Shown: positions 37,134 through 46,741 of the stretch, one piece after another | Numbering within the stretch: position 1 is the stretch's first letter | Layout: each line of letters begins with the position of its first letter | NCBI GenBank assembly: GCA_029260675.1 | Contig: JAJDCV010000282.1 | Location: 1 to 48,307 of the forward strand | Length of the DNA stretch: 48,307 bases | Direction: 5' to 3' | Source of the DNA: Phycisphaeraceae bacterium | GTDB taxonomy: Bacteria; Planctomycetota; Phycisphaerae; Phycisphaerales; Phycisphaeraceae | Position numbers and translations under genes: made by a program | The notes under the pieces: generated by a model | Databases searched by the model: none | Told to the model about the DNA's origin: nothing | The model's input: the letters and a program-made list of their open reading frames with translations, nothing else

Positions 37134-37255
37134 AGACGGATGATAAGTACCGGGCCGGCGCGAGTCCGGCACGGGGTTTGTTTACAAAAGAATCAGGGCG
37201 GGCGGGACGGACCCGCTGCGGACGACAGACGGTTGAATCAAAAGGAGCCTCGGCC

Positions 37256-38521
37256 ATGATCGATGTGAGCGTCCTCTACAGCGGGTTGGAAACACCCAGC
37301 ACCCCCCACCGCTACGGACGGGAGATCACCCAGATCGATCCGCCGGAGCATCAGAAGATGGCCATCGCCAAGAGCGCCTCGGAACGCCGGCCGATCGTCG
37401 TCTGGAATATCACCCGCACCTGTAACCTCAAGTGCGTCCACTGCTACACCGACTCCGAGGCCAAACGTTACCCCGACGAGCTTTCGACCGAGCAGTGCAA
37501 GGCGGTCCTGGATGACCTGGCGGACTTCAAAGTCCCCGCCGTGCTCTTCTCCGGCGGCGAGCCGTTAAGCCGGCCTGACGTCCTGGAGCTCGCCGAGTAC
37601 GGCCGATCATTGGGCCTGCACGTCGTGCTCTCGACCAACGGCACACTGATCGACGCCGAGAAGGCCAAACGCTTCGTCGAATTGGGGTTCGCCTACATCG
37701 GGATCAGCCTCGATAGCGCCACCCCCGCTATCCACGACGAGTTCCGCGGCAAGGAAGGCGCGTTCGACAAGACGATGCGCGGCTTCCACCACTGCGTCGA
37801 TGCCGGGCAGAAGGTCGGGCTACGGCTGACGCTGACCCGTCAGACGGCCAGGGACCTGGACCAGATCTTCGACCTGATCGAGCGCGAAGGCATCAACCGC
37901 GCCTGCTTCTACCACCTCTGCCCGGCGGGCCGGGGCAACAACCTCATCAGCCTGACCCAGAAGGAAACACGCGAGGTCGTCGAAACCATCTTCGACCGCA
38001 CGCACGATCTGAACAAACGCGGCAAGCGTGTCGAGATCCTGATGGTGGACAACCACTGCGACGGGCCGGCGCTCTACCTGAAAATGCTCAAGGAAGGCAA
38101 CCCCCGCGCACAACAGGTCCTGGACATGATCACCTGGAACGGCGGCGCGAAAAACTCCAGCGGGGTCGGGATCTCCAACATCGATTTCTACGGCAACGTC
38201 CACGCCGACCAGTTCTCGATGTACCGCACATTCGGGAACGTCAAGGAACGAAAGTTCTCGGAGATCTGGCAAGACACCAGCGACCCGATCATGGCGGGGC
38301 TGAAGGATCGGCTGCCGTTGTTGAAGGGCCGGTGTGCGACTTGCCGGTTCAAGAACGCCTGCGGCGGCGGCCTGCGGGCACGGGCCGAGTCGATGACCGG
38401 CGACCCTTGGGCCTCAGACCCCTATTGCTACCTCACCGACGAAGAAATCACCGGCGAACCCGTCGGCGTTACCGATGATGAAAATCGGACCCCGGCATCC
38501 GTCGCCGAGCCCGCTAAATGA
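37256..38521 (+). CDS. ahbC: radical SAM 12,18-didecarboxysiroheme deacetylase AhbC
   Basis: MIDVSVLY, RPIVVWNITRTCNLKCVHCY, FYHL, VDNHCDG, NGG..SSG, DPYCYLTDEEI. Start at 37256 with an AAGGAG RBS. Confidence 0.9.
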   Translation: MIDVSVLYSGLETPSTPHRYGREITQIDPPEHQKMAIAKSASERRPIVVWNITRTCNLKCVHCYTDSEAKRYPDELSTEQCKAVLDDLADFKVPAVLFSGGEPLSRPDVLELAEYGRSLGLHVVLSTNGTLIDAEKAKRFVELGFAYIGISLDSATPAIHDEFRGKEGAFDKTMRGFHHCVDAGQKVGLRLTLTRQTARDLDQIFDLIEREGINRACFYHLCPAGRGNNLISLTQKETREVVETIFDRTHDLNKRGKRVEILMVDNHCDGPALYLKMLKEGNPRAQQVLDMITWNGGAKNSSGVGISNIDFYGNVHADQFSMYRTFGNVKERKFSEIWQDTSDPIMAGLKDRLPLLKGRCATCRFKNACGGGLRARAESMTGDPWASDPYCYLTDEEITGEPVGVTDDENRTPASVAEPAK

Positions 38522-38529
38522 GCTGAACC

Positions 38530-39909
38530 ATGTGCAAATCGATCCTGATTGCAGAAGACGAATCGGTGTTGCGGCAGAGCCTCGCCGAACTGCTTTCCGA
38601 TGAGGGCTATGTAGTCCATCAGGCTTCGGACGGCAAAGAGGCCTTCGGTCTGATCCTCAAACAGCCGGTGGACCTGGTCCTGACGGATATCCGCATGCCG
38701 CAGATGGACGGGATCGAGCTGCTGGCCAAGCTCCAGCAGACCGCGCCGCAGACACCGGTCATCATCGTCACCGCCTACGGCACGGTCGAGAGCGCCGTCG
38801 CCGCCATGCGCTCCGGGGCGCATGATTACCTGCTCAAACCCGTCAATTTCGATGACGTTTTGCTGAAAGTAGAACGCGCCATCGAGTTCGGGGAGATGTC
38901 CCGGACCCGACAGGTCATCACCGAACAGCTCGCCGCAGAAAGCACCTTCCACAACCTCGTCGGCGAGGCCCAGAACATGACCAAGCTCTTCGGCATGGTC
39001 AGAAAACTGGCGACCGTCAAGACCAGCGTCCTGATCGTCGGGGAGTCCGGCACGGGCAAGGAGCTCTTCGCCCGGGCGGTACACTACAACGGCATCACAC
39101 GCGACAAACCCTTCGTCGCCGTCAACTGCGGCGCGATCCCCGACAGCCTGATCGAGTCCGAGCTGTTCGGCTACCGACGCGGAGCCTTCACCGGCGCGAT
39201 CCGTGACAAGAAAGGCTACTTCGAGGCGGCACACCACGGGACGCTCTTCCTCGATGAAATCTCCACACTCCCGCTGAGTGTACAGAGCTCCCTGCTGCGC
39301 GCTTTGGAACAGCGCGTCGTTGTACCCGTCGGCGACACCCAGCCCAGACCCGTCGACGTCCGGATCATCGCCGCCAGCAACCGTGATCTTAAGAAGATGG
39401 TCGACAACGGCGAGTTCCGCGAGGACCTGCTCTACCGGCTGGATGTGGTCAAGCTCGAACTGCCCCCCCTTCGGCAGCGCAAGGAAGATATCCCCGCCCT
39501 GGTCCACCACTTCATCCAGAAGTATACCCAGCAGATGAACAAGCGCGTGCTGGGCATCACCAACGACGCGATGCGCGCCATGCTCGCCCACGAGTGGCGG
39601 GGCAACATCCGTGAGCTTGAAAACGTCATCGAGCGGGCCGTCATCTTCGCCGAAGACAGGCACATCGAATCCCACGACATGCCTTTCGCCATCCCCGGCC
39701 TCGTCCACGACGACAGCGAATCACTCAAGGAAGCCATGCGGCAATTCGAGCGGCACCACATCGTCTACTGCCTGCGCCGTCACGAATACGACAAAGCCGA
39801 GACCGCCAAACACCTGGATATCGGCGTCTCGAGCCTCTACCGAAAGCTCGACGAGTTGGACATCCCCAAGAACATGCAGGAACAAGACCCCGCAGAAGCC
39901 TCGGCCTGA
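38530..39909 (+). CDS. NtrC-family sigma54-dependent response regulator
   Basis: Receiver (DIRMP), GESGTGKE, ESELFG..GAFTGA, WRGNIREL, Fis-type HTH. Confidence 0.96.
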   Translation: MCKSILIAEDESVLRQSLAELLSDEGYVVHQASDGKEAFGLILKQPVDLVLTDIRMPQMDGIELLAKLQQTAPQTPVIIVTAYGTVESAVAAMRSGAHDYLLKPVNFDDVLLKVERAIEFGEMSRTRQVITEQLAAESTFHNLVGEAQNMTKLFGMVRKLATVKTSVLIVGESGTGKELFARAVHYNGITRDKPFVAVNCGAIPDSLIESELFGYRRGAFTGAIRDKKGYFEAAHHGTLFLDEISTLPLSVQSSLLRALEQRVVVPVGDTQPRPVDVRIIAASNRDLKKMVDNGEFREDLLYRLDVVKLELPPLRQRKEDIPALVHHFIQKYTQQMNKRVLGITNDAMRAMLAHEWRGNIRELENVIERAVIFAEDRHIESHDMPFAIPGLVHDDSESLKEAMRQFERHHIVYCLRRHEYDKAETAKHLDIGVSSLYRKLDELDIPKNMQEQDPAEASA

Positions 39910-39934
39910 CCGGGCCCGAAACATGACCCGCCGA

Positions 39935-41074
39935 TCAGATCTTGACGAATGCGCGCTTAAGATACAGCCAGAAACACAAACCCCAGAGCAGCGCCCACAC
40001 GACCAGCGCGTTGATCAAGGCCGCGGTCGGCTGCGATACGTTTACTAAACCCAGCGCCCCCTCGACAAAGACCCCCACCTTGGGGTTCAGCCAAGTGTGC
40101 GCCAGCGACTCGGTGATCAAATAGATCAGGATCGGGTTGGTCCCCACCACCGCGACGATCCACCCGCCGCGCTTCAACCCAAGCCCGTCGATGATCCAGT
40201 AGAAAAACGCCAAGGCAAGCAGGCACCAGCCGCCCGAGGCGATCACATAAGGGCTGGTGCAGATGCGCTTGATCATCGGCGCCACACCGAAATAGCTCAT
40301 GCCGTAACCAACCACCACCGCCACGACGCCCCACATCGCGATCGTCGCCGCCTTCTTATGTATGGAGCCCGGGCCGATCAATAGTTTGCCCGCCAGCGCA
40401 CCCCAGATCGTGTGCGCCGCGGTCGGGACGCAGTTGATCGCCACCCAGTGGTCCGTATTGATCTTCCCCATCAGCAGCATATCGACGTAAGCCCCGAAGT
40501 TCGCACCGGCGGCGAAGGTCTGGTCATAAGGCGCGACGTGGATAAACCGATACGCCAAACCAGTCGCGCCGATCAAGGCCAATGAAACCCCCAACTGCGC
40601 CATCATCGGCCAACCCATGATCAAAAAAGCGATCAGGATCGTCACCGACAACTGCGTCAACACGTTCCACAACTCCCAGACCAACTCACCCGCGTAGATG
40701 CAATGCAGCCCCGTCCCCAGCAAAAACAAGATCAAGCATCGGCGGACGATGTGCATGAACCGGCGGGCCCAGGTGTCGCCACGCTCGGCCCGCTTGCGCA
40801 TCGAGAAAACCATCGACACGCCCACGATAAACATGAACGCCGGCTGAACCAGGTCCCAGAAAGTAAACCCCCCGTAGGCCGGGTGAAAAAACTGATCCGC
40901 GATGGGATCGAGCCAGGATATCTCAAGCCCGCGCAACGCCCCGTACACCCCCGCGCCCTCGGCGACCAGCAGCGTCATCACCAGCCCGCGGTAGACGTCA
41001 AGCGAGAACAGCCGACCGCTCGGTGCGTTCATCGGGTTTGAACGGTCATCGGTGCCGGCGGCCGTGTCACCCAT
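39935..41074 (-). CDS. HGSNAT/DUF5009-like membrane acetyltransferase
   Basis: RLFSLDVYRG, TFWDLVQPAFMFIVG, PMIKRICT, GTNPI. Start moved to 41074. Confidence 0.8.
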   Translation of the reverse strand: MGDTAAGTDDRSNPMNAPSGRLFSLDVYRGLVMTLLVAEGAGVYGALRGLEISWLDPIADQFFHPAYGGFTFWDLVQPAFMFIVGVSMVFSMRKRAERGDTWARRFMHIVRRCLILFLLGTGLHCIYAGELVWELWNVLTQLSVTILIAFLIMGWPMMAQLGVSLALIGATGLAYRFIHVAPYDQTFAAGANFGAYVDMLLMGKINTDHWVAINCVPTAAHTIWGALAGKLLIGPGSIHKKAATIAMWGVVAVVVGYGMSYFGVAPMIKRICTSPYVIASGGWCLLALAFFYWIIDGLGLKRGGWIVAVVGTNPILIYLITESLAHTWLNPKVGVFVEGALGLVNVSQPTAALINALVVWALLWGLCFWLYLKRAFVKI

Positions 41075-42923
41075 GCCCCTCACCCCCAACCGCCGGATCC
41101 GACAACGCACGCACCAGCACACGCTTGAGCACATACGCCGACACCGACGCCACCGCAAGACAAATCAGCAGGTCCATCCACCTGGAGAAAATCATCGCAC
41201 CGACGCCCAGGAGCATGGAAAAGATGAATCCCATCGACGCGAACCAGCCGATCACACTCAGCCCAAACTCGCCGCGCTCCGCCTTGAGTCCCTCACGGAC
41301 ACGGACCAGTCGCCAGCCCGCACCCGGGGGGCGGATGTCCCGGCAGAACTCCACGGCCTTGCGTGTCGGCTCAGACGACATCAGCAGCGTCACGCCAACC
41401 CAGAGGATCCCGGTACCAAACGTGGTGACCAGCAGCCGGTAGGCGAACCAGTCGATCGGCCGGCCGGCGGCGTTCAGTAACGCGTTGCCGGCCGCGTCCA
41501 CCGGGCTCGCCAGCCACCTTTCACAGGCGTTGCCGATCACCAGTGCGCCCACAACCGCCGCGATCTCCGACCAGGCCGTGACACGCCACCAGTACCAGCG
41601 CAGGATCAACACCGTCGCCACCCCGCTGGTGATCACCGTCAGATACTTGTACGCCTTGAGGATCCCCACCAACTGGGTCGATGTCACCAGCGCCAGGATC
41701 ATCAGCACAACCATCGCCAGCCGGGACGCCAACACCAGCTCCCTCTGCGGCGCATCTTTCCGGATAAACGGGTGATACATATCGTTGACAAGATACGACG
41801 CACCCCAGTTCAGCTGCGTATCCAGCGTGCTCATATACGCGGCGAGCATCGCGGCGACCATGACGCCCTTGATCCCCGTGCCCAGCATCAGGTTGATCAT
41901 CTCCGGGAAAGCGTGTTCCGCGGCGTCTCCGGTCAGCTCCGGGAAGAATACCATCGACGCCAGCCCGACAACGATCCAGGGCCAGGGCCTCAGCACGTAG
42001 TGGCAGAAATTGTACCACAGGAACGCCAGCATCGAGTCTCTCTCGGAGCGCGTCGCCAGCAGCCGCTGCACGAAGTACCCCGTCCCCGGCGCGGCCGGCC
42101 ACCAGGCGACGAAGACGTAACACATAAACGTGAACGCAATCAGATCCATCGATGACAGCGAGAGGTCCGGCGCAAAAGCCAACAGGCCCGGCTCGAAGTT
42201 CTGTGCGGCCGAAAGCCCCTGCACAAAACCCCCGCCGTCAGACACGGCGTTGAACGACACCACCGCCAGCCAGATCGTCCCCACCATCGCGAGCACGAAC
42301 TGAACCAGGTCGGTATACACCACCCCGTAGAGCCCCGCCGCCATCGAGTAGGACAGCGCGCAGAATCCGAGGATGATCAGCACCGTGTCGGTCTGCGTCA
42401 GATTGATCCAGGGTGCGCCCCCGGCGATCGGGGCCCAGGTGATCAGCGGGTCATCGCCCAGGCCCATGACCGCCTGGATCACCTTCGAGGCCGCGATCGT
42501 CACCGACGCCATGATGATGCAGTTGACCATCACCCCGTCAAAGAGCACCTTGAAGACGCGCAGGACCGACCGCTGCGGCGAGGCGTCGTATCGGCACCGG
42601 ATGAACTCGACCTCGGTCAGCACCTTGGTGCGACGCCAGAGCCTGGCAAAGAAGAATATCGTCGCGGTCTGCCCGATCGCCGCCGACCACCAGAACCAGT
42701 TGCCCTGGATCCCTTCGTTACGCGACAGGCCCGCGACATACAGCGGCGTGTCGGTCGAGAAAGTGGTCGCCACCAGAGACGTCCCGGCGATCCACCAGGG
42801 TAATGATCGGCCGGCGATAAAAAAGTCAGTCGTGTTGTGCGAGGCCTTCTTGGCAAACACAAAGCCCAGCACCATCGCGATCGTGACATACAAGGCGACG
42901 ACCAACCAGTCGATTCCTGTCAT
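41067..42923 (-). CDS. sodium:solute symporter family protein
   Basis: FFIAGRSLPWW, ATTFSTDTP, VQRLLA, AAYMST. Confidence 0.92.
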   Translation of the reverse strand: MTGIDWLVVALYVTIAMVLGFVFAKKASHNTTDFFIAGRSLPWWIAGTSLVATTFSTDTPLYVAGLSRNEGIQGNWFWWSAAIGQTATIFFFARLWRRTKVLTEVEFIRCRYDASPQRSVLRVFKVLFDGVMVNCIIMASVTIAASKVIQAVMGLGDDPLITWAPIAGGAPWINLTQTDTVLIILGFCALSYSMAAGLYGVVYTDLVQFVLAMVGTIWLAVVSFNAVSDGGGFVQGLSAAQNFEPGLLAFAPDLSLSSMDLIAFTFMCYVFVAWWPAAPGTGYFVQRLLATRSERDSMLAFLWYNFCHYVLRPWPWIVVGLASMVFFPELTGDAAEHAFPEMINLMLGTGIKGVMVAAMLAAYMSTLDTQLNWGASYLVNDMYHPFIRKDAPQRELVLASRLAMVVLMILALVTSTQLVGILKAYKYLTVITSGVATVLILRWYWWRVTAWSEIAAVVGALVIGNACERWLASPVDAAGNALLNAAGRPIDWFAYRLLVTTFGTGILWVGVTLLMSSEPTRKAVEFCRDIRPPGAGWRLVRVREGLKAERGEFGLSVIGWFASMGFIFSMLLGVGAMIFSRWMDLLICLAVASVSAYVLKRVLVRALSDPAVGGEGHG

Positions 42924-43274
42924 GTGGCGCGTCCTGTCATCTCAAGCATGAAGGGAAGGAAATCATTTCGGTCGGCCGAACAACCATACCCGGACAGGAG
43001 AACCCGGATTGCGGTTTCCGGTATCCGCCCACAGCCAGCGCACCCGATCGGGTGGATCGATGGGCTAAACTAGCACAGTAATTTGTATTGTCAAGTTGAG
43101 GCGTATGGATTCCGATAAGCCAGAAAAATCTGGATTTAAAGCGTTGGCAAAGGCGCCTATACTCGGGTATGATCCGCCATCTTGTATTAACAACTTGACG
43201 CGTCGCCGATCTCCTGGATAGTGTGTTCTACGCAACAGAGTCCGGCGGCAACACGGCCAACCCAGGAGCCCGCC

Positions 43275-44636
43275 ATGAAACGGACCCGCACCCAACTGCG
43301 CACCCCATGGATCGTCTTCGCCCAGGTCTCGCTGCTGCACCTGGCTGCCTGCGGCGCACTCTCGGCGGAGAAGGTGTTCACCGCCGACAACCAACAGGAC
43401 TTCGCCAACCCCGAGCGCGGCCTCTACACGCAGTTCACCGCACAGGCCGAGTCGGGCCCCTTGATCCTTGAAGACCTCGAAGCGCTGCGTGCCGAGAACA
43501 TGACGCTGCTGCTTCGGATGTACTACCTCAAAACCTTCGTCGACAAGCCGTTGAGCGGAGCCCAACTCGATATGATCCAAAACGACTTCGCCGTGATCCG
43601 CCAGGCCGGGGCCAAGTGCGTGCTGCGCTTTGCCTACAGCCAGGGGATCGGCGAACCGGACGCACCCATCGACATCGTCCTTGGCCACATGGACCAGCTC
43701 GCACCGATCCTCAGAGAGAACGCCGACGTCATCGCCACCGTGCAGACCGGGTTCGTCGGTGCCTGGGGGGAATGGCACGCCTCGACGAACAACCTCGCCG
43801 AACCCGAAAACGCCAAACAGATCGTCCGCAAATGGCTCGATATTTTGCCCCCCTCACGCACCATCCAGCTACGCACGCCCCGGCAGAAGTGGATGATCAT
43901 GGATAACCAGACACCCCTGCAAGCCGACGACGCGTTCGCCGAAACTCCCCTGGCACGGATCGGCCACCACAACGACTGCTTCCTGTCAAGCCCCACCGAC
44001 GTGGGCACCTACGAAGATATCGAAAAGGAAAAAACCTACCTCCACGCCGAGACACGCCACGTCCCGATGGGCGGAGAGACCTGCGCAAAAGCCGAGTTCT
44101 GCGCGCCCGACAACGCACGCGACGAGATGCAAGACCTGCACTTCAGCTACCTGAATCTCGGCTACCACCCCGACGTCATCAACGCCTGGCGCGACAACGG
44201 CTACCTCGATGAAGTCAAACGCCGACTAGGCTATCGCCTCAGCCTGACGTCCATCGAATACGCCGAATCCGTGAGCCCAGGCGCGGACCTGCCGATCACG
44301 TTGACCCTCTCAAACACAGGGTTTGCCGCCCCCTATAACCCACGCGATGTGAAGCTGATCCTGATCTCAGAAGACGGCTCATCCCAGTGGGCCACCAACC
44401 TCCCCGACGACCCGCGCCGCTGGTTGCCAGGGGAAATGATCGTTATCAATACCTCCCTTCATATACCCGAAACCCAGACAGCGCCCGGGACATACCGGCT
44501 TATGCTCGCGCTGCCCGACCCCGAGCCTAGCCTAGCCGACCGCCCCGAGTACGCGATCCGCCTGGCCAACCCCGGGCTATGGGATCCAACCACGGGCCGG
44601 CACGACCTGGGCATCACGATCCAGATCACCGAGTAA
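43275..44636 (+). CDS. secreted DUF4874/DUF4832 protein (putative glycoside hydrolase-like)
   Basis: NPERGLY, LRFAY, GFVGAWGEWH, GHHNDCFL, GGET, LGYR, NTGFAAPYN. Start at 43275 with an AGGAG RBS. Confidence 0.8.
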   Translation: MKRTRTQLRTPWIVFAQVSLLHLAACGALSAEKVFTADNQQDFANPERGLYTQFTAQAESGPLILEDLEALRAENMTLLLRMYYLKTFVDKPLSGAQLDMIQNDFAVIRQAGAKCVLRFAYSQGIGEPDAPIDIVLGHMDQLAPILRENADVIATVQTGFVGAWGEWHASTNNLAEPENAKQIVRKWLDILPPSRTIQLRTPRQKWMIMDNQTPLQADDAFAETPLARIGHHNDCFLSSPTDVGTYEDIEKEKTYLHAETRHVPMGGETCAKAEFCAPDNARDEMQDLHFSYLNLGYHPDVINAWRDNGYLDEVKRRLGYRLSLTSIEYAESVSPGADLPITLTLSNTGFAAPYNPRDVKLILISEDGSSQWATNLPDDPRRWLPGEMIVINTSLHIPETQTAPGTYRLMLALPDPEPSLADRPEYAIRLANPGLWDPTTGRHDLGITIQITE

Positions 44637-45797
44637 CTAGCCCCCGTACCAGCCGTCGCAATACAGCCCCGCCAGCGCCAACCACCCCGCGGTCTCCGCC
44701 TGGTGGGCCACGGGCTGGTCCCAGAGATCAAGCCGGACACGGTCGGCCAACTCACCGAGAAGACGTGAACGGATCGACCGTACCAACAGATCGCACGCAT
44801 CGGGGTAGCGCGTCAATTCACTGACCAGCACAAGCCGGTGCGGGCGGATGAAGTTCACCACGTTGGCGATCCCGTTCGCCAGGTAGCCGTAGAGTGTTTC
44901 CAGCGGTTGATCACCTGACTGGTACGCAGACGACCGCTCCATCAGCGACAGGCCCCCGCCCCCGGATTGATCCCCGGCACCGCCCCCGGTTTTTTCAGCA
45001 GAACCCCCCGCCCCCTCGATGCGTTCTAGGTATGCGCTGCTGAAGATGCGTTCGAGACACCCGGTCTGCCCGCAGTAGCACCGCTCGGTGTCCGCGAAGT
45101 AGCGCATGTGCCCCAGCTCGTTGGCGCTGCTGACACACCCTCGGTTGGGCCGGCCCCCGATCAACACCGCCGCACCCAGCGCACCGTCGCTGATGTTGAC
45201 CAGTAATACGTCATGCTCAGTGTCAGCGCGATGGGTCAACTGCCAACGCGCCGCCAGCGCGTGCATGTCGTTCTCAATCACCACCGGCAGATCCCCCGCC
45301 GCGTCGCAGATCGGCGCCAGGCTCACCGGCCCCCGGCCAGGCACGACCATCCCGGAAAGGACTCGCCTGGATGCGGAATCGTACAACCCCGGCACGCTCA
45401 CCCCGACCCCCATCGTCTGCGGACCGATCGTCTTGCCCAACAACGCCGCGGCGGCCGCGATAAGCCGGCCCGGGCTATCCGAGACAAAACGCGCCAGAGG
45501 TTTGCCCAGCAGATGGCCTTGAAGATTAACCCGGGCGACACCGACCGCACCCGGCCAGACCGTCAGACCGATCATGTGCCGCCGGCCCGGATCGATCTCC
45601 AGGGGCACCCTCGGCCGCCCCCCGCTGCTGGGCAGGGCTTCGCACTCACGCAAAACCCCCCCTTCCATCAATGCCGAGGCCACGACACCCACCCGATTCG
45701 GCGAGATCCCCGTCAACCCATGCAGCTCCGACCGGCTCCGGGCCCCGTGCCGCCAGAGCTGCTGAAGCATCGAACGGTGTTCATCTGTAATCTTCAC
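44637..45797 (-). CDS. ROK-family transcriptional regulator
   Basis: N-terminal wHTH (SRSEL...GGRP), VIENDM, ELGHM..CYCGQTGCLE. Confidence 0.9.
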   Translation of the reverse strand: MKITDEHRSMLQQLWRHGARSRSELHGLTGISPNRVGVVASALMEGGVLRECEALPSSGGRPRVPLEIDPGRRHMIGLTVWPGAVGVARVNLQGHLLGKPLARFVSDSPGRLIAAAAALLGKTIGPQTMGVGVSVPGLYDSASRRVLSGMVVPGRGPVSLAPICDAAGDLPVVIENDMHALAARWQLTHRADTEHDVLLVNISDGALGAAVLIGGRPNRGCVSSANELGHMRYFADTERCYCGQTGCLERIFSSAYLERIEGAGGSAEKTGGGAGDQSGGGGLSLMERSSAYQSGDQPLETLYGYLANGIANVVNFIRPHRLVLVSELTRYPDACDLLVRSIRSRLLGELADRVRLDLWDQPVAHQAETAGWLALAGLYCDGWYGG

Positions 45798-45799
45798 AG

Positions 45800-45925
45800 A
45801 TCAATTAATATCATAAAATTAATTAGTATTCAACTATTATATCCAATTTAAAGCATATATGTATTGAATATTCCAACTTATTATGTATATTGATATTAAG
45901 TTTAAGGATTAATCTTTCAAGGTGA
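45800..45925. promoter_or_regulatory. very AT-rich divergent promoter/operator region
   Basis: Sharp AT-rich tract in otherwise GC-rich DNA between the ROK gene and the nucleotidyltransferase. Confidence 0.6.
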
Positions 45926-45928
45926 AAA

Positions 45929-46741
45929 ATGATGGATAAGGCGGTGATACTCGCCGGGGGCATGGGCACGCGGATGCGTAAGCAGGACGAGGCCGCCGGC
46001 CTGACGGACGACCAGGCGCGTGTGGCAGAATCCGGGGTCAAGGCGCTGATACCCATCGATCGGCCATTCCTGGACTACGTCCTGACCGTGCTCGCCGAGG
46101 CCGGGTACAAGCAGGTCTGCCTGGTGATCGGGCCGGACCACGACAATATCCGGGACTACTACCAGAAGCAGGCCCCACCGCAACACCTCTCGATCGAGTT
46201 CGCGGTGCAGGCTAAGCCGCTGGGCACCGCCAACGCGGTCGCCGCCGCCGAATCTTTCGCCGCGGGCGACCCCTTCCTGATGATCAACAGCGACAACCAC
46301 TACCCCCTGGACGCGGTCCGCGCCCTGCGTGATATCCACGGCCCCGGGCTCGCCGGGTTCGAGCGGCAGGCGCTGATCGACAAGAGCAACATCCCCGCAG
46401 ACCGGGTGCTGAAATTCGCCGCCGCGGACATTGATAATTCCGGTTACCTGCGTCGTGTCATCGAAAAGCCCACGGCAGAACAGTTGGCGGCGCTGGGCGA
46501 GCCGGTGTACCTGAGCATGAACTGCTGGCGGTTCACGCCAAACATTTTCGAGGCGTGTCGGAAGATCGACCCTTCGCCGCGCGGCGAGTACGAAATCACC
46601 GACGCGGTGCAATACTGCATCGATCACCTCGGTGAACGGTTCGAGGTCATCAAGTCGGACTCCCCGGTGCTGGACCTGTCCTCACGTCAGGACGTCGCGC
46701 CGGTGACGGCGTTGTTGGCGGGCACGGGGGTGTCGTTCTGA
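45929..46741 (+). CDS. sugar-phosphate nucleotidyltransferase
   Basis: KAVILAGGMGTRM, QAKPLGTA, SPRGEYEITDA. Confidence 0.9.
   Translation: MMDKAVILAGGMGTRMRKQDEAAGLTDDQARVAESGVKALIPIDRPFLDYVLTVLAEAGYKQVCLVIGPDHDNIRDYYQKQAPPQHLSIEFAVQAKPLGTANAVAAAESFAAGDPFLMINSDNHYPLDAVRALRDIHGPGLAGFERQALIDKSNIPADRVLKFAAADIDNSGYLRRVIEKPTAEQLAALGEPVYLSMNCWRFTPNIFEACRKIDPSPRGEYEITDAVQYCIDHLGERFEVIKSDSPVLDLSSRQDVAPVTALLAGTGVSF

Noticed and set aside
43041..43054. Perfect 14-bp palindrome CACCCGATCGGGTG
   Set aside because: Single GC-rich occurrence; it could be an operator, but nothing else supports that.
45800..45925. AT-rich tract as an origin or foreign DNA
   Set aside because: Short and exactly intergenic between divergent genes; best explained as a promoter/operator.
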